Source: an uncultured Methanosarcinales archaeon
GTDB taxonomy: Archaea; Nanobdellota; Nanobdellia; Woesearchaeales; ARS49
Length of the DNA stretch: 64,000 bases
NCBI GenBank assembly: GCA_964354285.1
Contig: CAYGYR010000001.1
Coordinates: 454,424 to 518,423, forward strand
Direction of reading: 5' to 3'
A program made the position numbers and the translations under genes. The notes under the pieces were generated by a model that worked only from the letters and a program-made list of their open reading frames with translations, did no database searches and was not told the origin of the DNA. Positions 26,900 through 36,029 of the stretch are shown here, piece after piece (the first letter of the stretch is position 1; each line of letters starts with the position of its first letter).

Positions 26900-28218
26900 G
26901 CTTAACACAAAACCAAACGCATCTCGTTAATTCAGGAGCGCTTTGGGCAGTCTACAATGGATTCACAGGAGCATTCCTGGTCGCGTTCGCGCTAGCCTTA
27001 GGAGCGCCCAACACAGTGATTGGTTTTCTTGCAGCAATCCCTTATATTGCAATACTTCTAGCAGAATATCCTGGAGCAAAGCTTGTTGAGTTCTACTCAA
27101 GAAGAAGAATCTGCATTGTGATGCTGGCAATATCCAGGCTCTTCTGGATTCCAATCTGCCTAATACCAATATTTTTCAATAAGCATCCTGTGCTTACGCT
27201 CGTCATTTATTACTTCTTTATACAATTCACTGAATACATCGTTGACCCTGCATGGGTTTCTCTAGCCGGAGACATTGTTCCTGTAAGAATAAGAGGCAAG
27301 GTTTTTGCGGCAAGAAGCGTGATTATGGGCATAGCTGGAATGATAACCAGCGTTATCGCAGCGGCATACCTTGACCTTTTCCCAAAAAACAGTTTCTTTG
27401 GCTTTTCAACAATGTTTGCCGTGGGGATTGTTTTTGGATTGTGGGCAGTGAGTACGTTTGGCAAGATAAAAGAGCCAGAATACAGGGACCATGCGCATCA
27501 TTCTTTACGGGAGTTTTTCAAGTTTGATGACGGAGACTTCAGGAAGTTTGTATTTATAATTGTCTTCTTCAATTTCGCAGTAACAATCGCATCCCCCTTC
27601 TTTACAGTCTATATGCTTAAGGACTTAGGGATGAATTACACGCTTTTTATGGTCGCAGCAGCTGTCGCCACAATATCAAGGATACTTGCACAGACACAGT
27701 ATGGAAAGATAAGCGACAAGTATGGAGACAAGCCTGTCGCAATAATAAGCTTTTTTGGAACAGCACTCGTGCCTCTTGCTTTCATGTTCATAACAAAAGA
27801 GACGTATTGGTTTGTTTTTCCTGCACAGATAATCTCAGGCATATTCTGGGCAGGAGCTGACCTGAGCACATTCAACCTGCTGCTTGACCTGATGGGCAAG
27901 GAGAAAAGGGCTATGAAGGTTGCTGAGTACTCTATGATTACTGCCTTTCCTATGATAATCGCGCCAGTCATCGGCGGGTACATAGCAGATAATGCAGCAT
28001 TTATACTTGCAGGAATACCTCTTGTATTCGGAATATCATTCATTCTCAGGGCAGCAGCATCTGCACTCTTGTTTACGATAAAAGAACCGAGGGCAAAAAA
28101 AGAGCACGCAGTCGGAGAGGTCTTTTTGAGGCTTGTGTCAATACATCCTGTGCGAGGAGTTGAGCAAATACTGAGGGGTGTCCAAAAAATAATCAGAAAA
28201 CCAGGATACGGGCTTTAA
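26896..28218 (+). CDS. MFS transporter
   Basis: 12 predicted TM helices. ATGA overlap with the upstream gene. Confidence 0.7.
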   Translation: MSLTQNQTHLVNSGALWAVYNGFTGAFLVAFALALGAPNTVIGFLAAIPYIAILLAEYPGAKLVEFYSRRRICIVMLAISRLFWIPICLIPIFFNKHPVLTLVIYYFFIQFTEYIVDPAWVSLAGDIVPVRIRGKVFAARSVIMGIAGMITSVIAAAYLDLFPKNSFFGFSTMFAVGIVFGLWAVSTFGKIKEPEYRDHAHHSLREFFKFDDGDFRKFVFIIVFFNFAVTIASPFFTVYMLKDLGMNYTLFMVAAAVATISRILAQTQYGKISDKYGDKPVAIISFFGTALVPLAFMFITKETYWFVFPAQIISGIFWAGADLSTFNLLLDLMGKEKRAMKVAEYSMITAFPMIIAPVIGGYIADNAAFILAGIPLVFGISFILRAAASALLFTIKEPRAKKEHAVGEVFLRLVSIHPVRGVEQILRGVQKIIRKPGYGL

Positions 28219-29122
28219 TATCTTTCTTCATAAGCAAAACAACCCTGCTCTTTGGCTTTTGGTCAATTATTTTCAAGCCAGATGCTTTTGCAATACTTTC
28301 TGCAAACTCAAGAATGTCCTTGTGCAAAGGCATGTTTTCTATTGCCAGCCTTTCTCTGGAGTGCCCAACCCACATGTATGCCTTAAGCTCAACAAAAGTC
28401 GGTCCTGCGAGCTTGATTAGTTCTGCATAGCTTTCTGGATTAACCATATTGATTCCTTTGACTAAAGTGAGGCGTATGGTGCTTCGCTTGAAATTTTTAA
28501 TCAATGATAATGATTCCTTTATTTTAGTCCATGTTCCTTCAACTAGTGGATTGCAAGTCTTGAGGTAAGTTTCTTCATCAGGAGCAGGCAGGGTAATGTA
28601 TAACTGAGTTGGTTGGTGTTCTATTAGCTTTTTAAGCATCTCTGGAACAGTGCCATTTGTAACAAGGAATGCAGTCATTCCCCTTGACTTTATCTCATCA
28701 ATAAGCTCCGGAAGCTTTGGGTAGAGGCAGGGCTCTCCTGTTAGAGAGATTGCAAAATGCAACGGTTTCTGTGATTCTTCATATCTTTTCTTGTCTCTTG
28801 CGCTGTTGCCGCCAAAGCCTTTAAGGATTTCCTTGTGCTCCCTGATACATCCATCAACAATATCCTTTGGTTCATCAATCTTATCTGAGATAAGGTTTTC
28901 CCTCACATCCCTCCAGCAGAAAACACACCTATGAGTGCAGGCAAACCAAGGAGACATCTGTATGCATCTCCACGAGTTAATTCCGTAAAACAAATGCTTG
29001 TAGCAGGTATCCTGGCCCCTGATTGCTTTCTTGCACCAGGTGCATATTTTAACAGCACTATGCCTGCCAACAATACGATAGCCCTGCTTTTCAAGCTCCT
29101 GCTTCCTAAGGCCTGATATCAT
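28193..29122 (-). CDS. taw1: Radical SAM tRNA 4-demethylwyosine synthase (Taw1/TYW1-like)
   Basis: N-terminal GYRIVGRHSAVKICTWCKK and radical-SAM cluster CTHRCVFCWR are characteristic of archaeal Taw1. Confidence 0.65.
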   Translation of the reverse strand: MISGLRKQELEKQGYRIVGRHSAVKICTWCKKAIRGQDTCYKHLFYGINSWRCIQMSPWFACTHRCVFCWRDVRENLISDKIDEPKDIVDGCIREHKEILKGFGGNSARDKKRYEESQKPLHFAISLTGEPCLYPKLPELIDEIKSRGMTAFLVTNGTVPEMLKKLIEHQPTQLYITLPAPDEETYLKTCNPLVEGTWTKIKESLSLIKNFKRSTIRLTLVKGINMVNPESYAELIKLAGPTFVELKAYMWVGHSRERLAIENMPLHKDILEFAESIAKASGLKIIDQKPKSRVVLLMKKDIKARILVF

Positions 29123-29136
29123 AACCTGATTTAGTT

Positions 29137-29667
29137 TTGGAAAGCTATTTAAAGTTTGGGATTGTTTTAGTGCATATGGAGTTCGAGAATATTATTCACA
29201 AGCTTGAATCAATGAAAGAATTCAAGGAGTGGAAAGACAAGCACAAGCACTATTACTTGGCGCATGCTTTTGTGATGCTTGATGAGCCAAACAAGGACAT
29301 ATGGCAGATAGGCTATTATAATAAGGAGAGCAACAAAATTGCAACAATCATTCTTGAAGGAGAGAAGGTTGCATTTGTTCCAGAGCAGGAAATCCTGCAG
29401 GCTTCACAGCAGATAACAGAACTGAAACCAGCTGATGTAAAACTTACAGTCGATAAGGCGCTTGAGGCAGCAAAAGCCTGCATAAAGGAGCACTACCCCA
29501 GAGAATTGCTTCTCAAATCCTTCTTCATAATTCAGCACTTGCCTGAAGGGACAGTCTTTAACATCACTTTTTTGACGCAAAGTTTTGGCACAATTAACAT
29601 AAAAATCTCAACTGTCGACGGAACAATTTTCAAGCACAGCATGGAGCGGCTCGCAAACTTCTCTTAA
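29137..29667 (+). CDS. Hypothetical protein
   Basis: 176-aa ORF with no recognisable domain. Confidence 0.4.
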   Translation: MESYLKFGIVLVHMEFENIIHKLESMKEFKEWKDKHKHYYLAHAFVMLDEPNKDIWQIGYYNKESNKIATIILEGEKVAFVPEQEILQASQQITELKPADVKLTVDKALEAAKACIKEHYPRELLLKSFFIIQHLPEGTVFNITFLTQSFGTINIKISTVDGTIFKHSMERLANFS

Positions 29668-29814
29668 GTAACAACATCAATTCTTTAGAATATATTTCTT
29701 CAGTTCTATTTCAGATTTGCAATTTATTTAAATACTAGTTGTGTTTACTTGTTTTTGCGCGAGAAACAGCAGGTGATAGGTTAAAAAAAAGGGTGTGGTC
29801 AAAGAGGTGATATT

Positions 29815-29925
29815 ATGAGTGCGATAACATATGCTGAAACAAAAAAGAACATGCGCCTCGGAGACTACTTTGAAACAGAAAAAGAAAATGACGATGCAGG
29901 AGACCATTTTGAAACAGAAACTTGA
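29815..29925 (+). CDS. Acidic micro-protein of 36 aa (candidate) with an internal GDYFETE/GDHFETE repeat
   Basis: Strong SD AAGAGGTGAT 5 nt upstream of the ATG. Hand-translated: MSAITYAETKKNMRLGDYFETEKENDDAGDHFETET. Confidence 0.3.
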   Translation: MSAITYAETKKNMRLGDYFETEKENDDAGDHFETET

Positions 29926-30097
29926 TAAAGAAAAAGATAAAGAAGATGACGATGATGGCAGTAAAAATGATGATGAATACTCTAATTACATAGGCTGAAT
30001 CTGCTTCTTAAATTTATAATCTTAACTTTTAACCTTTTATATTCCTAATCTAAAAGTTTACTAAAAGTTTATATACTTTTCATGCTTTCAAAAAAAT

Positions 30098-30607
30098 ATG
30101 TTACTTGAGCTAGGAAAAGAAACATCAAAACAGCAATTGGAACAAACATGGAATTCCCAAGAATCAACCATACTTGACTATGACCGGGACCGAATTTATA
30201 CTCCAGAAGAATTTTATAATAACAGATCGATGGCATTAAAATGGTCTGAACTTGGAGAACTCCGCAGAGGTTTGGTATCTTCAAATCCAACTGTCTTCTT
30301 TCTAAATCTTGGTAAAAACGGTTTTGATGGTTTTCTAGACACACTGCTTCAAAAATTAACAGAAAAAGAGCTTATGACACTCGACCAATACAAAGAAGGT
30401 TCATACCATCTTATCGGTGCAGAAGAAGGCGGAATCACATTGCACTTACGAGATGGCCAAGACCCTCATGGAAGAGCAGCGTATTCTCCAAAAACATATT
30501 ATCCTATGCAAGAAATAGATGCAATAGAATACGCCAAGCATTTTTTCAGACGCCCATTAATAATCGCTAAAGTAATTTCAATTTCTAAACCAGAAAGAAC
30601 AGATTAA
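30098..30607 (+). CDS. Hypothetical protein
   Basis: 169-aa ORF in an AT-rich segment. The antisense ORF 30069..30344 was judged less likely. Confidence 0.4.
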   Translation: MLLELGKETSKQQLEQTWNSQESTILDYDRDRIYTPEEFYNNRSMALKWSELGELRRGLVSSNPTVFFLNLGKNGFDGFLDTLLQKLTEKELMTLDQYKEGSYHLIGAEEGGITLHLRDGQDPHGRAAYSPKTYYPMQEIDAIEYAKHFFRRPLIIAKVISISKPERTD

Positions 30608-30655
30608 CCAAGCAGTTGCAGATTACAACTTTTTACAGAATGAAAAGCCATAGAA

Positions 30656-31288
30656 CTAGTCTATTCCAAGCAGCTGATTAATGTAAGTTCTGATTTCATT
30701 CTGCATTCCGTCTATATCTCCATCTCTGTAATTTATGACTTTTACTCTATTTGGCTCTTCTTTAGCGATTGTAAGATAACCCTCGCGGACTTTCTGATGG
30801 AATTCAATTTTCTTCTGCTCCTGCCAGTCCATCTTGCCAAATTCTTTACGAGTAACCTTTGCCAAGCCTGCTGTAGGATCTATATCAAGAATGATTGTCA
30901 AGTCAGGCTTCAAGCCTCCTGTTGCAAACATGTTAAGCATGGTTACAAATTCCGGATCAAGATTGCCCCCATATGCCTGGTATGCTGTTGAGGAATCATA
31001 AAAACGGTCACAAATAATGATTTTGCCTTCCCCTAGAGCAGGCAGGATATTATGCTTCACATTTCTTGACCTTGCAGTCTCATAAAGAAGAAGCTCTTCC
31101 TCTGGGCTTTTCTCCAGAGCAGGGTCTAAAAGCAAAGCTCTTATTTGTTCACCGAGCTTTGTTGCACCAGGCTCCCTGAACTTAACAACACAGAAGCCTT
31201 TCTTAGTAAGGTATTCTATTGCCAGCGCTGACTGTGTTGTCTTGCCGCAGCCATCACAACCCTCAAATGTTATCAGTTTTCCTTTCAT
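30656..31288 (-). CDS. tmk: Thymidylate kinase
   Basis: P-loop FEGCDGCGKTTQ. Tmk-family DRF/lid region. Start chosen at MKGKLITFEG to limit overlap with thyA. Confidence 0.8.
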   Translation of the reverse strand: MKGKLITFEGCDGCGKTTQSALAIEYLTKKGFCVVKFREPGATKLGEQIRALLLDPALEKSPEEELLLYETARSRNVKHNILPALGEGKIIICDRFYDSSTAYQAYGGNLDPEFVTMLNMFATGGLKPDLTIILDIDPTAGLAKVTRKEFGKMDWQEQKKIEFHQKVREGYLTIAKEEPNRVKVINYRDGDIDGMQNEIRTYINQLLGID

Positions 31289-32162
31289 CTTTCTTTTCAT
31301 CTCTTCCAAGCCTTAAGTTTGCATACTCCCACTGATGCTCATAGATATGCAGGCCTTTGCTGGAAAAAATAATCTCTCCATCTTCAACTCTTTCTTCTTT
31401 GCCTGCTGCTTCCAGGCCGGCATTAATATCCTGAACCATCATTTCTTTGAGCAACTGTATACCTCCAAGATTAGATGGAAATCCGCCAACCAAATCCCAA
31501 GAACGGAAGTAAACTGCAAAGTGAAGCTTTCCATATCGTATCCTTGTGTCTATCAATCTCAAGCAAGGAGGGTCTTTCAGCAAGATATCAGAAGGCATAG
31601 CAATCTCCAGTGTTGCCTGGTTCGTGCCAAAACCCTGGTTAACATACATCGTAATAACTTCTTGAATAGGACTAATGCCTAGAGTTATTTCTTTAAGTTT
31701 TTCCTTGAATGAAGCCTCTTTTTCCTGAGAAATCCCGAGCTCAGCAACATCCTTAGCAAGGATTTCATCAATACCCCTTATTCGGGGATTATTCAGCCTC
31801 TCTCCGTAAGTGTAATCTTCTTGAGGTTTCTTGGTGTCAGAACCAAGGTATTCTGCAAAATAAGTCTCGATGTAAGGCGCGTCATTTGGAGCAGGCAGGC
31901 TTGACCCTTCTGGAATCATTATATTCAAAGGCCTGTTACTGGGCTTTCTAATCACGCCTGATACAAAATCAAACTCCTTTCTTTTCTGGCCTGCATAACT
32001 CCCTCTTGTTATCAAGTATTCATGCCCGACCTCTACACATCTCTTAACACATTGATACCAGGCATCATTAATATCAAATGCGTCAATAAATACAAAATTC
32101 ATGTTTGCCATTCTATCACCCCACCAGTAAAGTGTTGTATTGTTTTTATTTGTTTCTGACAA
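31263..32162 (-). CDS. thyA: Thymidylate synthase, archaeal-type ThyA family
   Basis: Blocks resembling archaeal thymidylate synthase (FDINDAWYQC, catalytic-region motifs). The assignment to the ThyA-like clade is by recall and should be confirmed. Confidence 0.6.
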   Translation of the reverse strand: MSETNKNNTTLYWWGDRMANMNFVFIDAFDINDAWYQCVKRCVEVGHEYLITRGSYAGQKRKEFDFVSGVIRKPSNRPLNIMIPEGSSLPAPNDAPYIETYFAEYLGSDTKKPQEDYTYGERLNNPRIRGIDEILAKDVAELGISQEKEASFKEKLKEITLGISPIQEVITMYVNQGFGTNQATLEIAMPSDILLKDPPCLRLIDTRIRYGKLHFAVYFRSWDLVGGFPSNLGGIQLLKEMMVQDINAGLEAAGKEERVEDGEIIFSSKGLHIYEHQWEYANLRLGRDEKKDERKTDNI

Positions 32163-32273
32163 AAGAAAGGCAACACTCTGGCATTTATATTCTTTTGTTT
32201 GATTCGTAATATCGTTTGCAGTATCAAAATATATTTAAACCAAAGTGCTAAAAAGCAATCAGGGGGTAGCAAA

Positions 32274-33305
32274 ATGAAGCTTATTGCAATAGTCGGATTA
32301 ACAGGCTCTGGAAAATCAGAGGCAGCTAAAATTCTTGAGAGTGAGGACTATCAAAAGATAAGATTTGGTGACATAACAGAGGAAGAGCTGAAGAAAGCAG
32401 GAATGGAGATAAATGAGACAAACGAAAAATACATGCGTGAAAGGCTCAGAAAAGAGCATGGAATGGCAGCTTATGCAATAAAAAGCCTTCCAAAAATAAA
32501 AGCTGCGCTTGAACAAGGCAAAGAAGTTGTGATAGACGGCCTGTACAGCTGGGATGAGTATCTGATTTTGAAAAACACTTTCAGCGAAGAATTGAAAATT
32601 CTTGCAATACAGGCATCTCCAAAAACAAGATATGAACGCCTGGCAAAAAGGCCAGTGAGGCCATTAACGCATGAAGAAGCAAGAAAAAGAGACCATGCAG
32701 AGATAGAAAACATACAGAAAGGAGGGCCAATAGCAATAGCAGACATCACAATAATCAATGAAGGGACTACTGATGATCTTAAAGCAAAAATATTCAGGTA
32801 CACTGGAATAATAAGAAGACCAACATGGGATGAATATTACTTGAGCATTGCAAAAAAAGTATCAAGCAGAGGAACCTGCCTGAGAAGAATATTTGGCTCT
32901 GTGATAGTGAATGACGGGCAGATAGTAAGCACAGGGTACACTGGCGCACCAAGAGGAACAAAAAACTGCGTTGATGTAGGCGAGTGCCCTAGAGAAAAAG
33001 CAAAAATACCAAGAGGAACAAGATACGAGCTCTGCAGAAGCGTCCATTCAGAACAAAACGCAATAATACAAGCAGGCAGAGAAAAAACAATGGGCGCAAC
33101 ACTATACTTATACGGAGAGCATGTCCAGGACAGGGCGCTCATCTCTGGAATAAAGCCATGCAAGTTCTGCACAAGAGAAATAATAAACGCAGGAATAAAA
33201 ACAGTTGTTGCAAAATCAAAAGAAGGAATAATCAAGTATAACGTAGATGATTGGATAAAAGAAGACAAGTTCAGCATAACAGAAGAAGACCTGAAAAACT
33301 ATTAA
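32274..33305 (+). CDS. Fusion protein: N-terminal P-loop nucleotide/nucleoside kinase-like domain plus C-terminal dCMP/cytidylate deaminase
   Basis: Walker A IVGLTGSGKS at the N-terminus. C-terminal zinc-deaminase motifs HSEQNAI (H.E) and PCKFCTREI (PC..C). SD CAGGGGGT upstream of the ATG at 32274. Confidence 0.7.
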   Translation: MKLIAIVGLTGSGKSEAAKILESEDYQKIRFGDITEEELKKAGMEINETNEKYMRERLRKEHGMAAYAIKSLPKIKAALEQGKEVVIDGLYSWDEYLILKNTFSEELKILAIQASPKTRYERLAKRPVRPLTHEEARKRDHAEIENIQKGGPIAIADITIINEGTTDDLKAKIFRYTGIIRRPTWDEYYLSIAKKVSSRGTCLRRIFGSVIVNDGQIVSTGYTGAPRGTKNCVDVGECPREKAKIPRGTRYELCRSVHSEQNAIIQAGREKTMGATLYLYGEHVQDRALISGIKPCKFCTREIINAGIKTVVAKSKEGIIKYNVDDWIKEDKFSITEEDLKNY

Positions 33306-33306
33306 G

Positions 33307-34059
33307 ATGTGGGATTTACAAGAATACTGCACACTATTGAATGATGCCCTAAATAGGAACGAGACAATTGTTTTCGGGTGCCACTGCAGCATACGCTATT
33401 CTGGAAGGGCAGAGAGCTTATTAGAGCACGGCGATAGGATAATACTTATAAAATCAGACAGGGCAATGCTTGTGCACCAGCCGTCTGGCAATGCACCCAT
33501 AAATTACATGAAGCCAGATACATCACATAAGCTTGTTGTTGAAAATGGCAAACTTGTTTTGCAGTCAAGAAATTTGATTTTAAAAGAGAATATGGATATA
33601 CAGATAGAAAGAGTATATTTCTTTAACGCCCATAAACTAGAGGATGGAAGGTCAATAGTAATATCAGGAACAGAAGAAGATATGTCAAGGATGCTCTACA
33701 ACAATCCAGAGATGATTGAAAAAGGATTCAAGCCAGTATCGCAGGAAGAGCAGACAAAATACGGATTTATAGATGTTTTTGGAATAGATAAAGATGGAGT
33801 GCTGACTGTTGTTGAATGCAAAAGATATTCTGCTGATTTAGGTGCAGTTACCCAATTAAGAAGATATGTTGAGAAAATCATGATAAGCAAAGGAATAAGC
33901 AAAGTAAGAGGAATACTTGCAGCACCAAAGATAACGCCAAATGCGCTGCAGATGCTCAATGACTGGGGATATTCATTTGTTTCTGTAAAACCGCCAAAAT
34001 ACTTTGAGGATTTTGACAAGAAACAGAGCAAACTGGAGAATTTTGATGCTAAAAAATAA
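33307..34059 (+). CDS. nucS: Endonuclease NucS / EndoMS (mismatch-specific RecB-like nuclease)
   Basis: C-terminal RecB-like nuclease motifs (VVECKRY...QL.RY). 250 aa and two-domain architecture. Confidence 0.7.
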   Translation: MWDLQEYCTLLNDALNRNETIVFGCHCSIRYSGRAESLLEHGDRIILIKSDRAMLVHQPSGNAPINYMKPDTSHKLVVENGKLVLQSRNLILKENMDIQIERVYFFNAHKLEDGRSIVISGTEEDMSRMLYNNPEMIEKGFKPVSQEEQTKYGFIDVFGIDKDGVLTVVECKRYSADLGAVTQLRRYVEKIMISKGISKVRGILAAPKITPNALQMLNDWGYSFVSVKPPKYFEDFDKKQSKLENFDAKK

Positions 34060-34073
34060 GCTGGAGGGATAAA

Positions 34074-34298
34074 ATGAAAGGAAAAAAACCATTTGATATC
34101 GGTGAGAAAGTAGAAGTAGAGGTAATGAGCTTCCCAGGAGGGCCTCACACCCAAAGAACAGGAATTGTAGAAGAATACAAAGGAAAAGAAGACAAGTCAG
34201 ATGGAAGAATAACACCACCACAGATAGAGCATAAATATTATGTGCGCTTTGATGATGGCGGCGTTTATGCATACGAATCCTTCATGAAAAAAGTCTGA
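34074..34298 (+). CDS. Small SH3/Tudor-like protein (possibly DUF2945/Hva1-TUDOR)
   Basis: 74-aa ORF with a KGEKVEV...G.V.E pattern. Tentative. Confidence 0.35.
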   Translation: MKGKKPFDIGEKVEVEVMSFPGGPHTQRTGIVEEYKGKEDKSDGRITPPQIEHKYYVRFDDGGVYAYESFMKKV

Positions 34299-34328
34299 AT
34301 TTAAGTACAAAATTTGAATTGAATCAGT

Positions 34329-34547
34329 TCAATAGATTGATTTTCGTAGAGCAAAAGCATCCTGCCTATTAACTATTGTTTTTCTGTTTAAATCCAGAAG
34401 AATATACCCCGCATCAAGATACTTTCCTTTCTTTAAATTTATTTTTTCAGGGCATTCAAGCATTTCTTTTATTTTCCTGTAGTGCCTTCTCATAAAATAG
34501 ATATTTTTTCCTTTTACAACAATAAAATGAATCTCTGACATGCTCAT
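34329..34547 (-). CDS. Hypothetical basic small protein
   Basis: 72-aa ORF whose ATG sits about 21 nt downstream of a TATA (catataaaga) inside a promoter repeat shared with the PIN gene. Confidence 0.35.
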   Translation of the reverse strand: MSMSEIHFIVVKGKNIYFMRRHYRKIKEMLECPEKINLKKGKYLDAGYILLDLNRKTIVNRQDAFALRKSIY

Positions 34548-34553
34548 ATTTAC

Positions 34554-34601
34554 AGATTTTAGTCTTTATATGTTTTACTCAGAAAAACCCGGAAGAATTA
34601 C
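34554..34601 (-). promoter_or_regulatory. Promoter repeat copy 1 (TATA plus upstream TCTTCCGG(R)TTTTTYCTG element). The second copy is at 35422..35470
   Basis: agattttagtctttatatgtttt..cagaaaaacccggaagaattac versus agattttagtctttatatgttttt.caggaaaaatccggaagatttac. Both lie directly upstream of minus-strand start codons. Confidence 0.5.
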
Positions 34602-34625
34602 GAGCAAAAATGAAAGATTTTCGGT

Positions 34626-34683
34626 TTTTGTCAAAAACCAAGGGTTTTTGAGCATGCTCAGAAATCTCTGATTTCTGACATTT
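34626..34683. mobile_element. MITE-like palindromic repeat, family member A (short form)
   Basis: ttttgtcaaaaaccaagggTTTTTGAGCATGCTCAGAAATCTCTGATTTCTGACATTT. Terminal inverted AAATGTCAGAAAT-type ends and an internal GAGCATGCTC palindrome. Related to elements at 52275..52442 and 55407..55612. Confidence 0.4.
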
Positions 34684-34707
34684 AACGAAAGATTTATTAA
34701 GAAGTTC

Positions 34708-34725
34708 GTACTACAATTGTAGTAC
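34708..34725. promoter_or_regulatory. Perfect 18-bp palindrome GTACTACAATTGTAGTAC, 2 nt upstream of the RHH gene start; candidate operator
   Basis: Direct reading. Ends 2 nt before the ATG at 34727. Confidence 0.6.
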
Positions 34726-34726
34726 A

Positions 34727-34984
34727 ATGACAATGGATGTTGTTCAGGTAAGGATGAGCAAGGGGCTTGTCCAGAAAGTTGATAAACTAGTTGATACCGG
34801 GCTCTATGCAAACAGGTCTGACGCTATAAGAGATGCTGTCAGAAAGATAAACTGGGGAAATATAATCGGCTCAATCCCAAACACAGGAGATTCTGTGAAA
34901 GAGATACGGGAAATAAGGAAGAAACTTTCTAAAAAGATTAAGAGTTTTAAGGATATAGAAGAAATCAATAAACTATGCCAGTAA
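34727..34984 (+). CDS. Ribbon-helix-helix (CopG/VapB-like) DNA-binding protein
   Basis: N-terminal VVQVRMSKGLVQKVDKLVDTGLYANRSDAIRDAVRK matches the RHH fold consensus. Confidence 0.65.
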   Translation: MTMDVVQVRMSKGLVQKVDKLVDTGLYANRSDAIRDAVRKINWGNIIGSIPNTGDSVKEIREIRKKLSKKIKSFKDIEEINKLCQ

Positions 34985-35410
34985 ATCCTCTGGCTTTGCG
35001 GCAAAAATATATCTTCTTGCAAAACTAATTAAATCCTTGTCCCTTGTTACTAAGATTAGATTCAAACGCTTGCATATAGCTATATGAATGCAATCATAAA
35101 AGCTCAGTTCATATAACAATTCTGATTCCAGTTTTCTTGCAAAAGTAAAATCCGATTCATTTGCTTCGATGAAAGCCATTTCTGTTTCTTTTTCTAAGAA
35201 ATCCATATTTTCCATAAATGTCTGTTTATTGTTCAGTTTTAGTTCAACTTCTCGCAATACACAGCTAGAACAGAAAAGCTCTGTACTATCTGAAAGTTTG
35301 GCTTTGTCTATAAACTCTTTTGCAATCTCCCAATATGGTTTCCCTTTTGTTGCGTCTCCTTCTTTTTTAAAAAGATTTAATAAAATACAACTGTCAAAAT
35401 AATATTTCAT
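34973..35410 (-). CDS. PIN-domain ribonuclease (VapC-like)
   Basis: MKYYFDSCILLNL... and ...DCIHIAICKRLNLILVTRDKDL, with the acidic residues of PIN. Start taken at the ATG at 35410. The tool ORF extends to a TTG at 35422. Confidence 0.65.
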   Translation of the reverse strand: MKYYFDSCILLNLFKKEGDATKGKPYWEIAKEFIDKAKLSDSTELFCSSCVLREVELKLNNKQTFMENMDFLEKETEMAFIEANESDFTFARKLESELLYELSFYDCIHIAICKRLNLILVTRDKDLISFARRYIFAAKPEDLLA

Positions 35411-35421
35411 GCAAAATTTCA

Positions 35422-35470
35422 AGATTTTAGTCTTTATATGTTTTTGCAGGAAAAATCCGGAAGATTTACA
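35422..35470 (-). promoter_or_regulatory. Promoter repeat copy 2 (see 34554..34601), upstream of the PIN gene
   Basis: TATA tctttatatg centred about 26 nt upstream of the ATG at 35410. Confidence 0.5.
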
Positions 35471-35564
35471 CCTGTTTTTCAGAAGATTTCCGAAGAAAAT
35501 ATACTTTTCACCATATAAAACAATATAAATCCCTGCCCTTATCCCTTATTTTGAGGTGGTTTTG

Positions 35565-36029
35565 ATGGATAAGTGCCCTTGTTGTGAAAGAAGATTTGAG
35601 CAAATAACTGATTTTCCTATGGTGAAAATCATTTCTATGCAAATTTTAAATGGTGAGCAGGCTGCTGAGTTTAGTGCAGTAGAGCATCAATATTGGAGTA
35701 TGGACAAAATAAGAGAACTTGCCAAAGAATTCAATAGTTTGCTTGGTTCGAGTGATGCAGTAAAAAAGTTCTCAAAAACATTAGAAGATGCAGTCGGCAA
35801 AGAAACAAGAGTTAAAGACCTACTGCCTGCATGGGTATTTTCAGTAGATAATATTCCAGGGGCAGAAAAATATAGAATTGCTGTGTGCGAAGCAAATGCA
35901 TATAAAGTTGATATTGAAAAAACAAATCCGAAAAAAGAATTCAGAATCACAGAACTCATCCTCTTTAAATATGATAAGCAACTCTTGAAAATTGGGTCTA
36001 TACAATACGAAGGACTACTTAATCACTAA
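35565..36029 (+). CDS. Hypothetical protein with an N-terminal CxCC motif
   Basis: SD GAGGTGG upstream of the ATG at 35565. 154 aa. Confidence 0.4.
   Translation: MDKCPCCERRFEQITDFPMVKIISMQILNGEQAAEFSAVEHQYWSMDKIRELAKEFNSLLGSSDAVKKFSKTLEDAVGKETRVKDLLPAWVFSVDNIPGAEKYRIAVCEANAYKVDIEKTNPKKEFRITELILFKYDKQLLKIGSIQYEGLLNH

Noticed and set aside
35422-35422. TTG start for the PIN gene at 35422, as in the ORF track
   Set aside because: It would place the start inside the conserved promoter repeat. The in-frame ATG at 35410 gives a canonical PIN N-terminus (MKYYFDSCILL) and a TATA-to-ATG spacing consistent with a leaderless mRNA.
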